Assembly: GCA_051362555.1 (NCBI GenBank) | Contig: CM120643.1 | Location: forward strand, 4,526,001 to 4,590,000 | Direction of reading: 5' to 3' | Length of the DNA stretch: 64,000 bases | From: Lingula anatina | Lineage: Eukaryota > Animalia > Brachiopoda | Part shown: positions 11,501 through 24,128 of the stretch, in pieces | Numbering within the stretch: position 1 is the first letter of the stretch | Layout: every line of letters starts with the position of its first letter | Notes under the pieces: model-generated | What the model was told of the DNA's origin: nothing | Seen by the model: only the letters and a program-made list of their open reading frames with translations | Databases searched by the model: none | Position numbers and translations under genes: made by a program

Positions 11501-12319
11501 TTAAAAGATTAAAATAGAAAGAAGTTATAGGCATTTTTCATTGAAATTAGCGTTTTTACACACAAGCAACGTAATGGCGCGTAAAAAACGACGTAAAATC
11601 TCTACGCAGTGTCGACAGAATTTACGTGAAGTCAAATTTTGCTATTTTTGAACTACACAAACTGTCGGCGATTATCACATTAAGTATGTTTGCCGACTTG
11701 CACGAAATGTTGCACATTTTTATTTATGCACTAGGGCCTATTTGTGCAATTATCCAGAATACATCAGAAAACATAAGACAGAAGTGCTAATGAATGAGAT
11801 TTAGTGCTTCTGCCGAACTATCCCCATAGGTAATGGGATAAAAAGAACCGTACAGATTGCGGTTTGAAGGACAGAATGATAATTTGTTTTTTAAATGAAA
11901 AAAGGATTTTTTCGAAGTGAGATATTTTGTACTTCATAAAGAAATCTCAACAATATTTCAAAAATGTTCCAGTAACAGAATGTTAGGCTATCGACGTGAG
12001 TGTCACCTCTACCTGAGGTGTGCAAAAAGCTGAATCCTGATGAAAGCCACATAACGGAGAACGGAGACGGAAATATCGGAGCGCAAAAATTGACTTGTTT
12101 TAATTATTGATTAAAACAGGCTTTTAGTATATGACTAAGTTGTAAAACAGCTGATGGATTTCTTGAAACATTGAATGACTTGAATTGGAATATAATAAAA
12201 TTCTTAATTGCAGATTTGATTTTTCTGTATCATTTTGTGTAGTTAAAGTATTCTACTATAGCAAACTGCTAACAACACATTTCTAACCGAGGCGTTACTT
12301 TGCAAAGCATAAAAAATAG

Positions 12320-12322
<3 letters not shown>

Positions 12323-12367
<45 letters not shown>
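12323..12367. repeat. (GT)n microsatellite
   Basis: About 22 TG units; a shorter paralogous tract lies at 58647-58670. Confidence 0.95.
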
Positions 12368-12368
<1 letters not shown>

Positions 12369-13740
12369 GGGGTGGGGGACGTAGGTCGTGCGAGGGAATC
12401 TTCCTCTCTGGCAATTGTCAATGTTGACAGGTATGTAATGGTCAGGGAGAATAGAGGAAGTTGAGTTACAACAGTATTAATGCTACAGTATTTGACCTCA
12501 GAGTCTGTATCTCAACATGATTGTGACGGTGTCCATGAATTTCATCATATTGTGCTAGTGAAGACAGCGATAAATGACAGAGGACTCTGATATGATCATT
12601 TTCTTATAATTATCATAATAATTTTTTTAGATACTCGAAACTTTTTTATACTGAATGCATTTATTTCAAGAGTGTCCAAATATCATGAATTTCATTTATA
12701 TGAAAAAAGAGTACCATGTAACAGTGATAACCGTACTTGAGGCCCTGCAGGCGATAATTTTTTTAATCTTGGAATTCACGTCGAGACGTTCTTTAGGCCC
12801 TTGTTATTTTCTCTTTTAATATAAAATTTGAAATTTTCCTTGGTGGGATGGTGTACGTTACATTTAGTTCAATTTTGCTGAGAGGTTATAACAGAAAACT
12901 TAATGAACTTTGTAGATTTACAGAGTATGATTGATATGTTTATATTTAGTACAGTGATGATTGATGGACAGGTGGGTCAGAAGACCACGTGAGAACAGAC
13001 TGTGCGTGCGGTGCGATTTAAACGGAGGAATATATAGTCTGTGACTGCATACATACGACTGAGTGCCCAGATTAGTTTCGTTCAATACACTTTACAACTT
13101 TGAAGAACGTTTTCGCTAGTCCTCGAATTTACATTCTAATGTTTACTACTTGATAAATCTACATTTTGAATTGAAAGACACTGTGCAATGTATAACAGAG
13201 CATATTTGGAGTATTTTCTATAAATGACGACAAAATCTTTGCCAGTAGAGCACGTGACATGTTGTTTGTAGCAGTAGATTTGCTAACTTCTGCAGTTTTC
13301 AGATATATAAACATAAATTGTACATAATTGTAAACAGAAAATAAACGGCGTTCAGTTTTTTGGGTTACGTTTATACTGGGACACCCTGTATTTCAATTTG
13401 TATCAACCGAAAACAATTTTAACTTCGGGTTCTGCGAGATAAGAGAGTAAAAAATCTTCCTTTTAATGGAAAGGGAATTGACTAAAAAAAAACACGTGTA
13501 GATTGTAACTGTGACATTTCGTCTGACATAAACATACAAATGTGCATTTTTTGTTATATTAATTGCAATAAATGAGAATTATTTTGTTTTCTACTAGAAC
13601 TTTTTGTGTCCTGCCTATATGTATCACTACGTATTTAAGATACTGTATCCAAACACCCAGTTAACCCCGGCCCTAAAGAGACAAATTCCATTCCTGTGCA
13701 AAACAGAGCAATGATTTAAGTAGTTAAATATTCATGTGTG

Positions 13741-13772
<32 letters not shown>

Positions 13773-13877
13773 AATATGGAAGAGCATGTATGGAAGATCA
13801 TAAACCAAATCATTTATTATACCAAAAGTTATAGAATATTCGCATTCCCCAAGACACCCTCCGTCATGGTCGCAGGT

Positions 13878-14170
13878 ATCAGGGACCCCCCCCCCCCCCC
13901 CCGGGACAATCCTCCACCTCGGGGTATTACCCCCTGGACAACCGACACCCGGACAATTCCCCCTGTAATGAATATAATACTAAGAATAAACAGTGTGACA
14001 CTAAGAAATATTATAAATGCCTGCTTTAGATCAAAATGTTCACCAGGTAGAGATATTGATAACAGATAATCTCATTTATCCAGGAATCCCTTTGATGAGC
14101 TGTCAGTTTTAATTGTTTCTTCACTACCCCCCAAAATCTCCACTGACAAATTATTTTTTAAAGGATGCCT
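13878..14170 (+). mobile_element. Fragment of a GGACAATTCCCC-motif DNA element family
   Basis: Repeated GGACAAT(T)CC motifs; 14060-14130 is the reverse-complement homologue of 26420-26495. Confidence 0.55.
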
Positions 14171-14254
14171 TTCCAACTAAAAGATACATTTTTTGTCAAT
14201 TGATGGTGCCTTTACAACATTACTTTGTACCAGAGCCAGCTGAGTGATGACGTC

Positions 14255-14256
<2 letters not shown>

Positions 14257-14330
<74 letters not shown>
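14257..14330. repeat. (CT)n(AT)n compound microsatellite
   Basis: Directly visible. Flanked by a 26-bp direct repeat GCCAGCTGAGWGATGACGTCAATTCT. Confidence 0.95.
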
Positions 14331-14334
<4 letters not shown>

Positions 14335-14515
14335 TTAATTTCTACGTCAATTCTATATATATATTTATTTTTAATTTCTACCATAGGCCAGCTGAGAGAT
14401 GACGTCAATTCTATGAAGAAATTGTTGCTGTTAAAAGAAAAGTCCACATACATGTAATTAACAAGAGTCATATTCATTATTATCTTGTGGCGTCAGCATG
14501 TAGGACCTACTTTAA

Positions 14516-14922
14516 AGGGATAACAACTGTTCGCATGATATCCATATTTCATAATAAATACATTGTAAATAACTCACAGAAATGTAATGAATTCTTTTCA
14601 AATTATTGTTTTTTTTTTTTTTATTGTTTTTAAATGAAACTGTTCTCTCGTAATAAATTCTATTTTACCACAAAAACGGCAGTTAACGCAATTATTCTGG
14701 AATTTGTGCTTGCCATCACACCAAGTGACCTCTATTGATGGCTACACTCTGTAATAATCTCTTATGCTTAAGAGAATATTAAAAAACTAAACTTTTAAGG
14801 GAAAAAACACGGACTTGCTTTGAATGTCGGAATGTATTCATTTACCATTAATAAGACTGGGAAAATTGTTGTTTACCCCAGCAAAATTCATTTTTTGGCC
14901 AAAATGAACAGTTCTTATCCCT
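14516..14922 (+). mobile_element. Kolobok-type non-autonomous DNA transposon (MITE), complete
   Basis: TTAA TSDs (14512-14515, 14923-14926) and TIR AGGGATAACAACTGTTC...GAACAGTTCTTATCCCT (16/17 match). A TTAA TSD with AG...CT termini is the Kolobok signature. Confidence 0.85.
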
Positions 14923-15103
14923 TTAAGTTTTTACAAGAACTCGTGTCTTTATAGCCAGGGAAGATGCTCAAGAAAAGGTAACATGATATAAAAGATACGG
15001 GTTTTGGCTGTTCACGTCAAATTGCGTTGAAAGGGGTGTTTATTCCTTGGTATAAGGTTCCGCTTTTTATGTCATTTTTTCTTGTAGCCTGAAATGCCGT
15101 TTT

Positions 15104-15124
15104 CCGCCATTTTGTGACCTGACC
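15104..15124 (+). promoter_or_regulatory. Putative core promoter of the FASTKD-like gene (YY1 motif, TGACCT repeat)
   Basis: CCGCCATTTT (YY1 consensus) and TGACCTGACC in a CpG-enriched patch ~110 bp upstream of the inferred ATG. Confidence 0.45.
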
Positions 15125-15221
15125 TGCCGTTTCTACAAATGCGAGCTTGCCTCAACTGCCTCGTGGTCGAGGTGGAGGCCATGGACGTGTTCAGTACTGG
15201 GAACATTTTAATCATGTAATC

Positions 15222-17175
15222 ATGTTTTATTCGGCACTGAGATATGTCTACCGAAGTTGTAGTCGACACAGTTTTGTTGGTAGAATAACTCAGTGTTTGG
15301 CACAACCCTCGCGATGCCATCAATCGCTGCGATTTACATGTGCCGTCTCTCAACTCGGAAGGCGAAGCCCTCACATGATGTGGGGTTGGACGATGGGGAG
15401 AGTTACCACTGGGACTGAGCTGTCATATTCTACAAAAACAATCAATGAATATGACGCCATGAAGATGAAAGATGAATATAACGCCATCATCAGAGACACA
15501 AAAATGCATTTTGAAAGAATGGCGAAGAGGTACCTCATTCAAGATGGAAGGAACGAAGGGGAGATTATTAGTAATTACGAGAACGGAGCTCGTGAAGCTG
15601 AAAAAGGCCTTGACGGAGTTCTACGGTATATATATGCTGTTAGTCTTAAATGTTTGAGGGATTTGCCAAGATATCAAAATACTCATCTTCTACAAGATGA
15701 CAGGTTATCATCAGCCCTGCTAACCATCCTCAACAAAGGTTTGATGGAGGGAAGTGTTCCACGTCAGTTTATCGGATTGTTGTTAGTTGGAGTTTTAATT
15801 CAGCCATCTCCAGAAATCCTTCAGTTTTATAAGGAACTGGAGAGACACATGTTACAGGTATGGTCCGAATGGCATGTTAAGTCTAGGATAGATGCCTGCC
15901 ACCGATGGCTGCATCTGTCTTTACTACACAAGCAGAAGTACTTTGAAGAGCAGATAAGGATTTTCTTGATGGCTGGGACAAAGCTAGAGAGGAAAGAACT
16001 TGGAGGCAAAGAAATTCACTGGCTTGTTAGTGTTCTAGAATCTGCAACACACTATTCTGGTGCACTGGGTGGAAAATGGGTGGATGCAAATGATGTAAGA
16101 CATTTTTTACAGGAGCTGAAATTCAACAGTGAATTCTCTGAGCCGAGAGAAGTGTACAGGTATGTCCAACTCTGTCATAATGTTGAATATTTGGTGCCCT
16201 CTGACATTTTATGGAAGGGGTTGGAGATTCTGCTTCGTGATGGAACTGAAGATTACAAAATACGTGCATTTCTGTGCATTAAGTGGATGTTGGGCTTAGC
16301 CCAAAAGCAGAAGTTGAATAAAGGTTTCATGGATGTACAATATGTTACAGAACTTGCTGAGATATTTAAGAAGCACGCATCTTTGTTGCCATTGAGAGAG
16401 CAAATTGGTATTACATGGGAATTTAGTGTAATTTATTATTCTGATCATGAAATGCTGTTGAAAGTTGCTGAGAACTTTGTGTCTAATGCACAAGATATCG
16501 ATGGGGAGGATGGTTATAGATTAGTTCAGGCTTACCTACGAATGGATTGCAATACAAATATTGCTTTTTTAAAAAAAGTAGTTGATTTAGTGCAAAACCA
16601 AGGGAGAAATATCCCCCGTTTCAAATTGCTTTCCATTACTTGTGATTTGATGCGCCATCATGGCTATTATGAAGTCTTCAGTGGAATACTTGATAGCTGT
16701 TTCCAGTCTGGTCTGATGAAGGAGGAATCATTAAATGTCATGAAGACAAAAGGGTATGCATGTTTAAGGATTGTGGAGTTGTGTGGAAGATTAGAAATAG
16801 AGCAAATTGACAAGTATGTTAAGAAGATTCCACCAAGTCTTTACAAAGCAGATGGTATTCAATACTTTGCAGAGAAATTGAAAAATAAATGTCAGCATTC
16901 CTCAACGCAGGCTGTTTCAGCAGCTGTATGGAGGATTCTTGGTGGTCCCCACATGGCAAGAGTCACGCCAGTACTTCCCATATATCGTCCTATTGTGGAG
17001 TTCTGTTTGAATGAATTGAATGAGCCTGTAGACATGAAGCTGGTGCCCAGGGTCTTTGATGAAAATGGATTCCTCAAAATGGAAAACATGTCTGCCTTGC
17101 CAGATAGATGGAGAAGAATAGCAGTGTGGATTCTTCATGATGAAGATTTCTTAATCAACAAGCCAATGTTAACTG
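15222..17175 (+). CDS. FASTKD5: FAST kinase domain-containing protein (FASTKD5-like), mitochondrial; coding exon 1
   Basis: Long ORF with first ATG at 15222, giving an Arg/Ser-rich presequence-like N-terminus (MFYSALRYVYRSCSRHSF). Helical-repeat body followed by FAST_2/RAP-like motifs (ILGG..ARVTPVLP...VEFCLN; RRIAVWIL...FLINKPMLTG). Donor ACTG|GTGAGT at 17175/17176; the ORF track runs on into the intron. Family assignment is firmer than the paralogue number. Confidence 0.8.
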
Positions 17176-17882
17176 GTGAGTTAAAAATGTGGTTGTTGTA
17201 TGTAGAGATAGCTTTAGTAAGCCCACCCTGCTGCCATGAGCAGCTTTGGGTTATGACTAACACAAGCTTGACTTCAGTGTATTGAGCCTATTTTTTCCTA
17301 TATACTTGCTGGTTACCAACTGAGGGCCAGCTTATATAGCCATAACAACAATAGGGTACTGAGAATAACAATAGGGTACAAAGGACAACAATGATGTATC
17401 AATAGAGAGTAATGTAGACAACTGACGCTTGTATAGTACACTTCTCATATTAATTCAACATATGTAAGTAGCAAGCTGTGCACCTGCCTTGTTGATTTCA
17501 ATCAGCATTTTATCAGTAATACCTAAAGATGTTATGTGACTATGGCTGTGTACCTTTTTTGGTTTTTGGTAATTTTTTATGGGGGGAATGAGTACTTTCT
17601 CTCTGTATGTATGTCAAATAATAAGTACTATACTCCACTGCCTCACTAAATCTCAACATGTTGTGGTATATATTTCCCAGGTAACAGTATATTATTTCAC
17701 GTTTTAAACAGAGGCCATCTTAATTTGAATGTGTTATATGTCTATGTGATAAAGTTTTGACATGAATAGGTTTTCTTTGTGTAAATATTAATTTGTCAGT
17801 ATATTCAGGCACATATTTCCTCTCAGTAAGACCTTGAAATATGTTTTATGTTAACATTGATTTGGTTTTCTTTATTCACCAG

Positions 17883-18024
17883 GTGATGCAAAGGCAAACA
17901 AACACTTCCTATATCAAGCTGGATACAGAGAGGTTCTAGAGGTGCCTTTTTTTATGGTGGAAGAGAAATCTGCAAGTTTGCACAAGTTTTTGAAGGAGGA
18001 ATTGAAAAAAATCCCTCACATAAG
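17883..18024 (+). CDS. FASTKD5: FASTKD-like gene, coding exon 2 (second half of the RAP domain)
   Basis: Acceptor TTTATTCACCAG| is phase-compatible with exon 1. Encodes GDAKANKHFLYQAGYREVLEVPFFMVEEKSASLHKFLKEELKKIPHI, matching the RAP 'G...K..L...GY.V.E.P' pattern. Donor AG|GTAAGG. Confidence 0.85.
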
Positions 18025-18499
18025 GTAAGGAAGTAACACTATAATTTTTCTGAACAGAGTAATTCTTTAAAAATATTGTGTAAGAGGTAGACGTAACACT
18101 TTGTGATAGAATCTTATTGCTATTTGTACTTTTTCCTTGTTTGGGGGGGGGGGCTGCTTGCTGCCTGTTTTGCACAAAGTAGAATTTTTTGGCATAACTA
18201 AGCTAAGAATACAGAAATTGATAACTGACAATAAAAGTCATCCTTGTTTTGAGATCTGGGCCTGAAAGCTATTTACCCAAAATTGTTCTATAAATTGAGT
18301 GTACTTCATCATCACTGGGTGCCATCCACTCATAGCAGATTGGTTGTCATGGATCACCACATCTCTAAAATACTTAACTATACTTTTTTTGACCAGTTTA
18401 TTCTTTTATGTTGTCCATGTATGTTGTTCTTGGTCTTCTTTTCAAACATTTCTTATTTACTAGTAGCTTTCTTTCCAGTAGCAATTGTTGCAAATGATC

Positions 18500-18805
18500 C
18501 TTTCAATGTTGAACCAGCCAAAAATTTGTAAAAATGGGAATTTTCTGCATAAAAAAATTGTTTGTGCCTTTTTTCAGAAACTACACAGACCTAAGCTGTC
18601 TTATTATAATGAAGAGTTACTCTTACCGTCTTTTTTCATCTTCCTAAGTTTGAGGTCAATCGGTGCATTTCCATGGGAGAAGTAGCCATTTGGTGCCAAA
18701 ACTGAAAACTCTCTTACACCAATTTTGGAACTTAAAATGCTAGAGACGTCTTGTTTATTGCATTTTGTAGAGCTTGTCAAGCCCAACACTGGAAGTGGTG
18801 TCAGT
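18500..18805 (+). mobile_element. Internal fragment of HINE family B
   Basis: Homologous to 41250-41540 (AAAAATGGGAATTTT...GTCAATCGGTGCATTT...TGCTAGAGAC...GCATTTTGTAGA). Confidence 0.65.
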
Positions 18806-19683
18806 TTTTATGTACAGACACATTGACCTATTCTCTTCAAACTGATGAATATTCGTAAAATGCAGGTCGAATTAAAAAATCAGCATGATCTAACCATTTT
18901 TTTTCTATACAGACACAGATGTGTCTGTACATATAGCCATATGCACTTTCATTGTTATAAACCAGTAAACTAATATGAAAATTGTTTAACCTTTTATCAT
19001 TTAGCACATAGAACTGATAAATATTCATAAAAACACAAGTGAAATGAGAAAATCAGCCTGACCAGATCATTCCAATTTTTTTATCCACCCTTATACAAAT
19101 AAAATATATAAAACTCTTTTACCTTTTGTCAGAACTGATGAATATTCATAAAATACAGGTCAAGTTTGAAAATCAGCCTTTTCAGACCATTTTTCAAAAA
19201 GTTATGCTGTTTTTTTTTTTTTTTTTTTTGGGAGGGAGGATATTCAATCCATGGTTATACAAATAAACTGAAAACCATTTCACCTTTTGTCTTCAAACTT
19301 ACAGAACTAATGAATACACATAAAATACAGGTCAAGTTTAAAAATCAGTCTGATCAGACAATTTTTTCAAAATCTGTGCTGTTTTTGCTTTTTTTTTAGC
19401 ATATTTTATCCACCTCGGATTTGATTCTTAGGCATGATAACGGTCTCATTATTGAACTAATTAGACAGTCATGTAAAAGTTATCTTTTGGCATTTTCTCC
19501 ACCTAAAATATTTTGTAAGTTTAATATATAAAAATGATGGTAAACCTGTTATCTTGTATTGTGTAATAAAGTGTTAAAAATAGAAGTAAACTCATATCAT
19601 TGCATTTTGTCAAATACAATCATTCGCCTCATTCAGAATCTCAGAATGAATTAAAAATGACATTTAAAATTGTTCTGTTGATA

Positions 19684-20023
19684 TTATGTTTTCACCCCTG
19701 TTTGTCTGTTTGTTTGTCATCAACATAACTCAGAAAGATATGGACCGATTTTGATGAAATTTTCAGAGTAGATCAGAAATGGATTAACTTAGGAGTGATC
19801 AGTTTTGGGTGGTGATCCGGATCAATAATCAATCAATCAATCAATCAATCATCAACATAACTCAAAAAGTTATGGACCGATTTTGATGAAATTTTCAGGG
19901 TAGGTCAGAAATGGGTTAACTTAGAAGTGATTAGTTTTTGGTTTTGATCCAGATCAATAATCAATAATAATAAAAAATTGCGACTTTGGCAGATGTCTGT
20001 AGTCTCAGAGTGCTTTTCTAGTT
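19684..20023 (+). mobile_element. Nested short HINE/Helitron-N element (family C)
   Basis: TTATGTTTTCACCCCTG + (TGTT)n, two ~130-bp internal repeats (AACATAACTCA...GGACCGATTTTGATGAAATTTTCAG...GATCCRGATCA) and a 3' end GAGTGCTTTTCTAGTTT. Confidence 0.75.
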
Positions 20024-20273
20024 TTTGTTTTATGTAAAAAAAGTGGAAAGAAACTTATTTCAGTGCAGTTATATCAGATATATCTATCTAGCATAGCTTA
20101 GAAATTGTGTAGCTTCGAAATTTCATGGGCTTGAAAACCTTTGCTAGTCACATTTTTTTAGATATCCATGTTTCTTGCAGTGCATTGTTTAAGATTGGTG
20201 GTGACTTTGCAGTTAAGCATTATGTAATATTGCATCAGAATTGAAGAAAACCCTATTTTGGGCACTGCCGCCC

Positions 20274-21520
20274 TGGGCCCGGTTGCACCAACCGGTAGTA
20301 AGTGAGGCATAGTAGTTGCGCTGGCGTAAACCGGGCGCAAAATGCTACGCCCGAGAAAAGCCAGTTGCACCAAACTGGAATAGTATTTACGTCGGTCTTA
20401 ACTTAGTCATAAATTTACGGCTGCTAGCTAGGTGGAGTAAGTCGGTCGTAGCTCGTTTTCCACTATGGCTAGGCTGGCACAGTTAGTGTTTGTTGACAAT
20501 TATCGCAGTTAATGTAGAAAATGTGGGTTGTTATTTGTTTGTTTCTTACTCAAAACTTCCGTCTGTGTATATATATATATATATATAAACATAGAGACGT
20601 AAGCTTAGAATATCAACAATTTAAGGCTCATATAATATGTATTAGGTCTCTTGTATTTCTTAATCTACAAGATGTAAGCACGATTTAATTAAATGATACC
20701 TCACAGTGTAACCATAGAAAAAAAGGTCATAAAATTGTTGACACTGTTGTAAAACTATGAAAAGAAAGCAATTTTGTCGTTAAAGGTGCAATTTTTGCAT
20801 TCAGTAACAAATGTGGTGTTCAAATCCACTACGAATAGGAATATGTACTGCCTCCATCGCGTTTTTCTCATTTACAACAGCATACTATAATAGCATACTA
20901 TAATAATATTTTACTATAATCAAATCTTAAGTCAGACATGCTCAAAACTTTTCAGAATAGCCAGACATTCGGACTGACAGTAATGAAAAATTTGCCAAAT
21001 CGAATGGATTTTTGCAGGACCAAATATTTTCATTTAATTTGGTGGCATTTCATTCACGTGGTAGTTTTAATAGAAGAACTTATGTACGTGTATATTCAAT
21101 ATAAATAGTATCAATAATTTAGACATGTTGCATATTTAAAGAGAAAAATTGACACACTCGAAGCACTGCTTTATTGTGGTTCTCATTTCACAAGTTCCAG
21201 GGTGCATATAGGCCTTAAGAAGTGCTTGAATTTGTTTCTTCCTTTGAATGTCCTGAAATTCCACACTTTGTCCTTTAAATAAAATGCACCATTGAACATA
21301 GCAATCTTTGGCCTTTCTCATTCATGCCAGTTTGCAAATAACTAAATCAGTATTCCTTTTTCCTGAGTTTATCGACAAAAATCATTTGCAAATGTGATAC
21401 TACACAAATAGGACATATTTGTGATTGTAGACCGAATGGAAATGTTAATACATGATACATGGTAGCCACTTCACTGTGGAAATGAACGGCTTCCTGGTCA
21501 GGGCTCGGTGATATCATATT
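20274..21520. mobile_element. Possible PIF/Harbinger remnant
   Basis: Starts GGGCCCGGTTGCACCAA, a Harbinger-like terminus. Minus-strand peptide ALLKAYMHPGT..MRTTIKQCF resembles Harbinger DDE motifs LLTPY..P and R..IE..FG. Second terminus not found. Confidence 0.35.
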
Positions 21521-23197
21521 CTAAAATAAAAAAAATGATGATATCAATACTTAAACTTGTAATGACAACTTCCCCTAGTGTATTCAATATGTAATTGCTG
21601 ATTGGACATTTAAATAATGTTCATTCACCACGGATCACTTTCGAAGAAGTAACCAAACTTTAAAACTATCTTTACATAAAACAGCAATACGCAACAGGCT
21701 GAATATAAACAGAAGTATCCAAAAGACTTATAAACATTACCACTGATAACATTGGGAAATCAAGCTGAGTAAATCAGGTGACCCATTTCTATGCTAACAA
21801 TGTTATTTTCAAAAAAAAATTATAATAATAATAGTAATAATAAAATTTTAAAAGATAAATACATTAAAGGATGTCTGCATACCTTTTAAGGTCAGGTGTC
21901 ACTATCCTGGCCTTCTGTACGAATAACTGTTCTTGAGAAAAGAGTCAGGTATCAAAGTTTATCAGTAAACATTTGCCTTGCTGTGCATTTGCCTTGCTAG
22001 GCAGCATGGACCACTCTTGTAATAGCTGTCTGTATGTCCCAATTAATAGACCAATGACTGAGTGTATAATATCCAGAGCAGGAGGCTTCCCCATAGGAAA
22101 ATTACTCTATTCTTCTGAGACAGATACTATGATTGGCCAGCTTACTTTGTCTGTGAATGTTATCCATTTTTTATATCTTGCCTGATAAGTAAATGGAGGG
22201 GGGAGGGAGAAAACCCTGTGGGTTTTATATAATTTTATTAGTGAAGTATGTCAAATGAGGACTGTAAATTCAAAATGGTGGCACTTAAAACTCTTGCTGG
22301 TCCTTTGGACCGCCAGAGTTCAATTTTTTACCAAACCAGACAAATTTTGCCAGTCATTACTGATCGGACCTACAGTTTCAACATGTCTGAACTTACAGGA
22401 AAGAAACGACTTAAATACAGCTTTAGCTGGAAAGCAAGTCTTATCGGTTGATTTTTCTGGCCATTAAATGAGATTACATAAAACACATATGTTGGGATTT
22501 CCCTGTAAACTCCCATATGTTTAGCTCTCTGCCAGATTCAGTTGGTAAAAGTCTAAAATTAACAGTGTCACATATATTAGGAATCAGTGATAATTATGCA
22601 GGTAAATGTAAATTAACATTGCAAATAATTTTACAAAAGATGAATAACAATGCCTTATTATCCTCATACTCACTTATTCATACCGTGTTAACATAACTGG
22701 ATTAAAAGTTTGAAAAGCAGCTTTATTGGAATATTTTTTATGTTTAGTTTTATTTATTTTTTTTCCAAACACTGGAATCTTCAAGATGTGACTTTTAACT
22801 CCCATCCACCTGAAGCTCTGTACATTTTCTGTATTTCCACATAAGCAATAATATTGGTGTTTATGTCTTTAAGCATAATATATAATATTATTGTATGCAC
22901 TGACATCATTTTTCACATATTGGGATTTTCATTATGTGAATTTGAACTCTCAGGATCCTGAAACTGTAATCTTATTGACCATGTTACCTGTTGTGCATGA
23001 TTAAATTTTAGTGTTGATTGACTATGCTGTTATAAGCATTATTTATTATTGCATCAAAATTGATAAAATGAACTATTTTCTGTATATTCATTTTCTGCTT
23101 TTTATCTGTACATTTGACAGCTTTGCTGCCTAGTTTATTAACATAGCTTTAGTGTGTCATTGTGAAGTATTGAAGTTTTTCATTTGCTTCTTTACAG

Positions 23198-23213
23198 GTT
23201 ACCCAATAATTAG
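23198..23213 (+). CDS. FASTKD5: FASTKD-like gene, short terminal coding exon (RLPNN*)
   Basis: Strong acceptor TTTGCTTCTTTACAG|; phase 2 matches the exon 2 donor; TAG at 23211-23213; AATAAA at 23749-23754. The spliced CDS is 2112 nt (703 aa). Confidence 0.6.
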
Positions 23214-23748
23214 GAGACCTTTGGAGTGCTTCCTGACAGCACTGAAGAGGATTTGATAACTCTGCACTGACTTAAAAAAAAAAAGAATGGAGCCAATGAA
23301 TATTGAACAATAATCTGAAACCAAGTTTACTAGCTGTAAACTAGGCCTTTTTATTCTTGGTCTTGCTAGTAATATAAACAAGGCCATATCATAATAGTGC
23401 ATATGCATGGTTGAAAATCTTCACATGTGACTTTAAAAAATAATGAATTCTGTTTTCTTATATTGTCTTTGAGCACTGACATAGTGACTGACATTTGGTG
23501 TGAAGACAGTGTTAAAGCTATTGGGGCACATTATGATTGTTTAAGGGGTGTGCAGGGGTGTCTTAATCACCCCCTTCCAGGTTGGTTCTGTAATCACAGT
23601 AATATGGAAATTGAAAATAAGGCAAATGCTTGCAGAAGGGAAAATGTTTATGGTGAATTATGTTGAATGTTCTACTGTTAGATATGTTATTTCACTAATT
23701 GAATTGTTAGAGGTGTAAAGCATTGTACACCTTTTTATGTTGTCTGGA

Positions 23749-23754
23749 AATAAA
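23749..23754 (+). terminator. Candidate polyadenylation signal of the FASTKD-like gene
   Basis: AATAAA ~535 nt after the inferred stop, followed by T-rich sequence. Confidence 0.4.
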
Positions 23755-23925
23755 AAGATGTTAAAAATATTTTTATTAGAAATATTTCATTTAATCACTG
23801 TAGGTGATGACTGTCCTATAATGCATATTCATCAGAATTATATAAAATTGCTCAAATTTAGTAAAACGACAGTGAAAAAGCCATTTTCAACCTAAAACTA
23901 TATTGAAAAGGTGAAGTAAGGGTGT

Positions 23926-24128
23926 ATTCCCAGAGCTTTTAGATCGATCTATCCCCGCGGGGAGTCTCACTAGATTACTGTCAGATAATCCGGCTTAAAT
24001 GTCCGTCCCGCCTACTACAAGCTGTAAGGGGGTAATTAACTTTCGTGCCTGCTCCGCTGACAGCTATTTAGCATGAACCCCCAGGGAGTTGGGTCGATCT
24101 AATGCAGATCGATCTAATCTCTGGGAAT
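23926..24128. mobile_element. MITE-like element
   Basis: ATTCCCAGAG..TTAGATCGATCT ... AGATCGATCTAATCTCTGGGAAT inverted ends; related to 2752-2930. Confidence 0.65.

Larger units (their letters stand above)
3781..12790 (+). repeat. Segmental duplication, copy 1 (~9 kb direct repeat of 49452-59102)
   Basis: Collinear homology throughout. Paired ORF-track entries 4302/49967, 5155/50821, 7265/53348, 7817/53897 and 10198/56513. Shared ends TAACTCAGT(T)AAACTGATTCT and CACGTCGAGACGTT. Confidence 0.95.
18901..23135 (+). mobile_element. Large HINE/Helentron non-autonomous element (family A) in FASTKD intron 2, with nested inserts
   Basis: 5' hairpin TACAGACAC-AGAT-GTGTCTGTA after a T-run; internal subrepeats shared with 37541-40800; 3' end TCTGTACA + GACAGC-TTT-GCTGCC + CTAGTTT. 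Confidence 0.65.

Noticed and set aside
12037-12080. Hammerhead ribozyme core (CTGATGA...GAAA)
   Set aside because: Stems II and III cannot be formed, and copy 2 has CCGATGA.
13375-13390. Tc1/mariner-like terminus GGGACACCCTGTA
   Set aside because: The matching left end is too degenerate to delimit an element.
15147-15221. N-terminal extension of the 712-aa ORF
   Set aside because: It begins at TTG, a prokaryotic-style start chosen by the ORF caller; the first ATG is at 15222.
17176-17285. C-terminal tail ELKMWLLYVEIALV... of the 712-aa ORF
   Set aside because: Read-through into intron 1; the RAP motif continues properly in exon 17883-18024.
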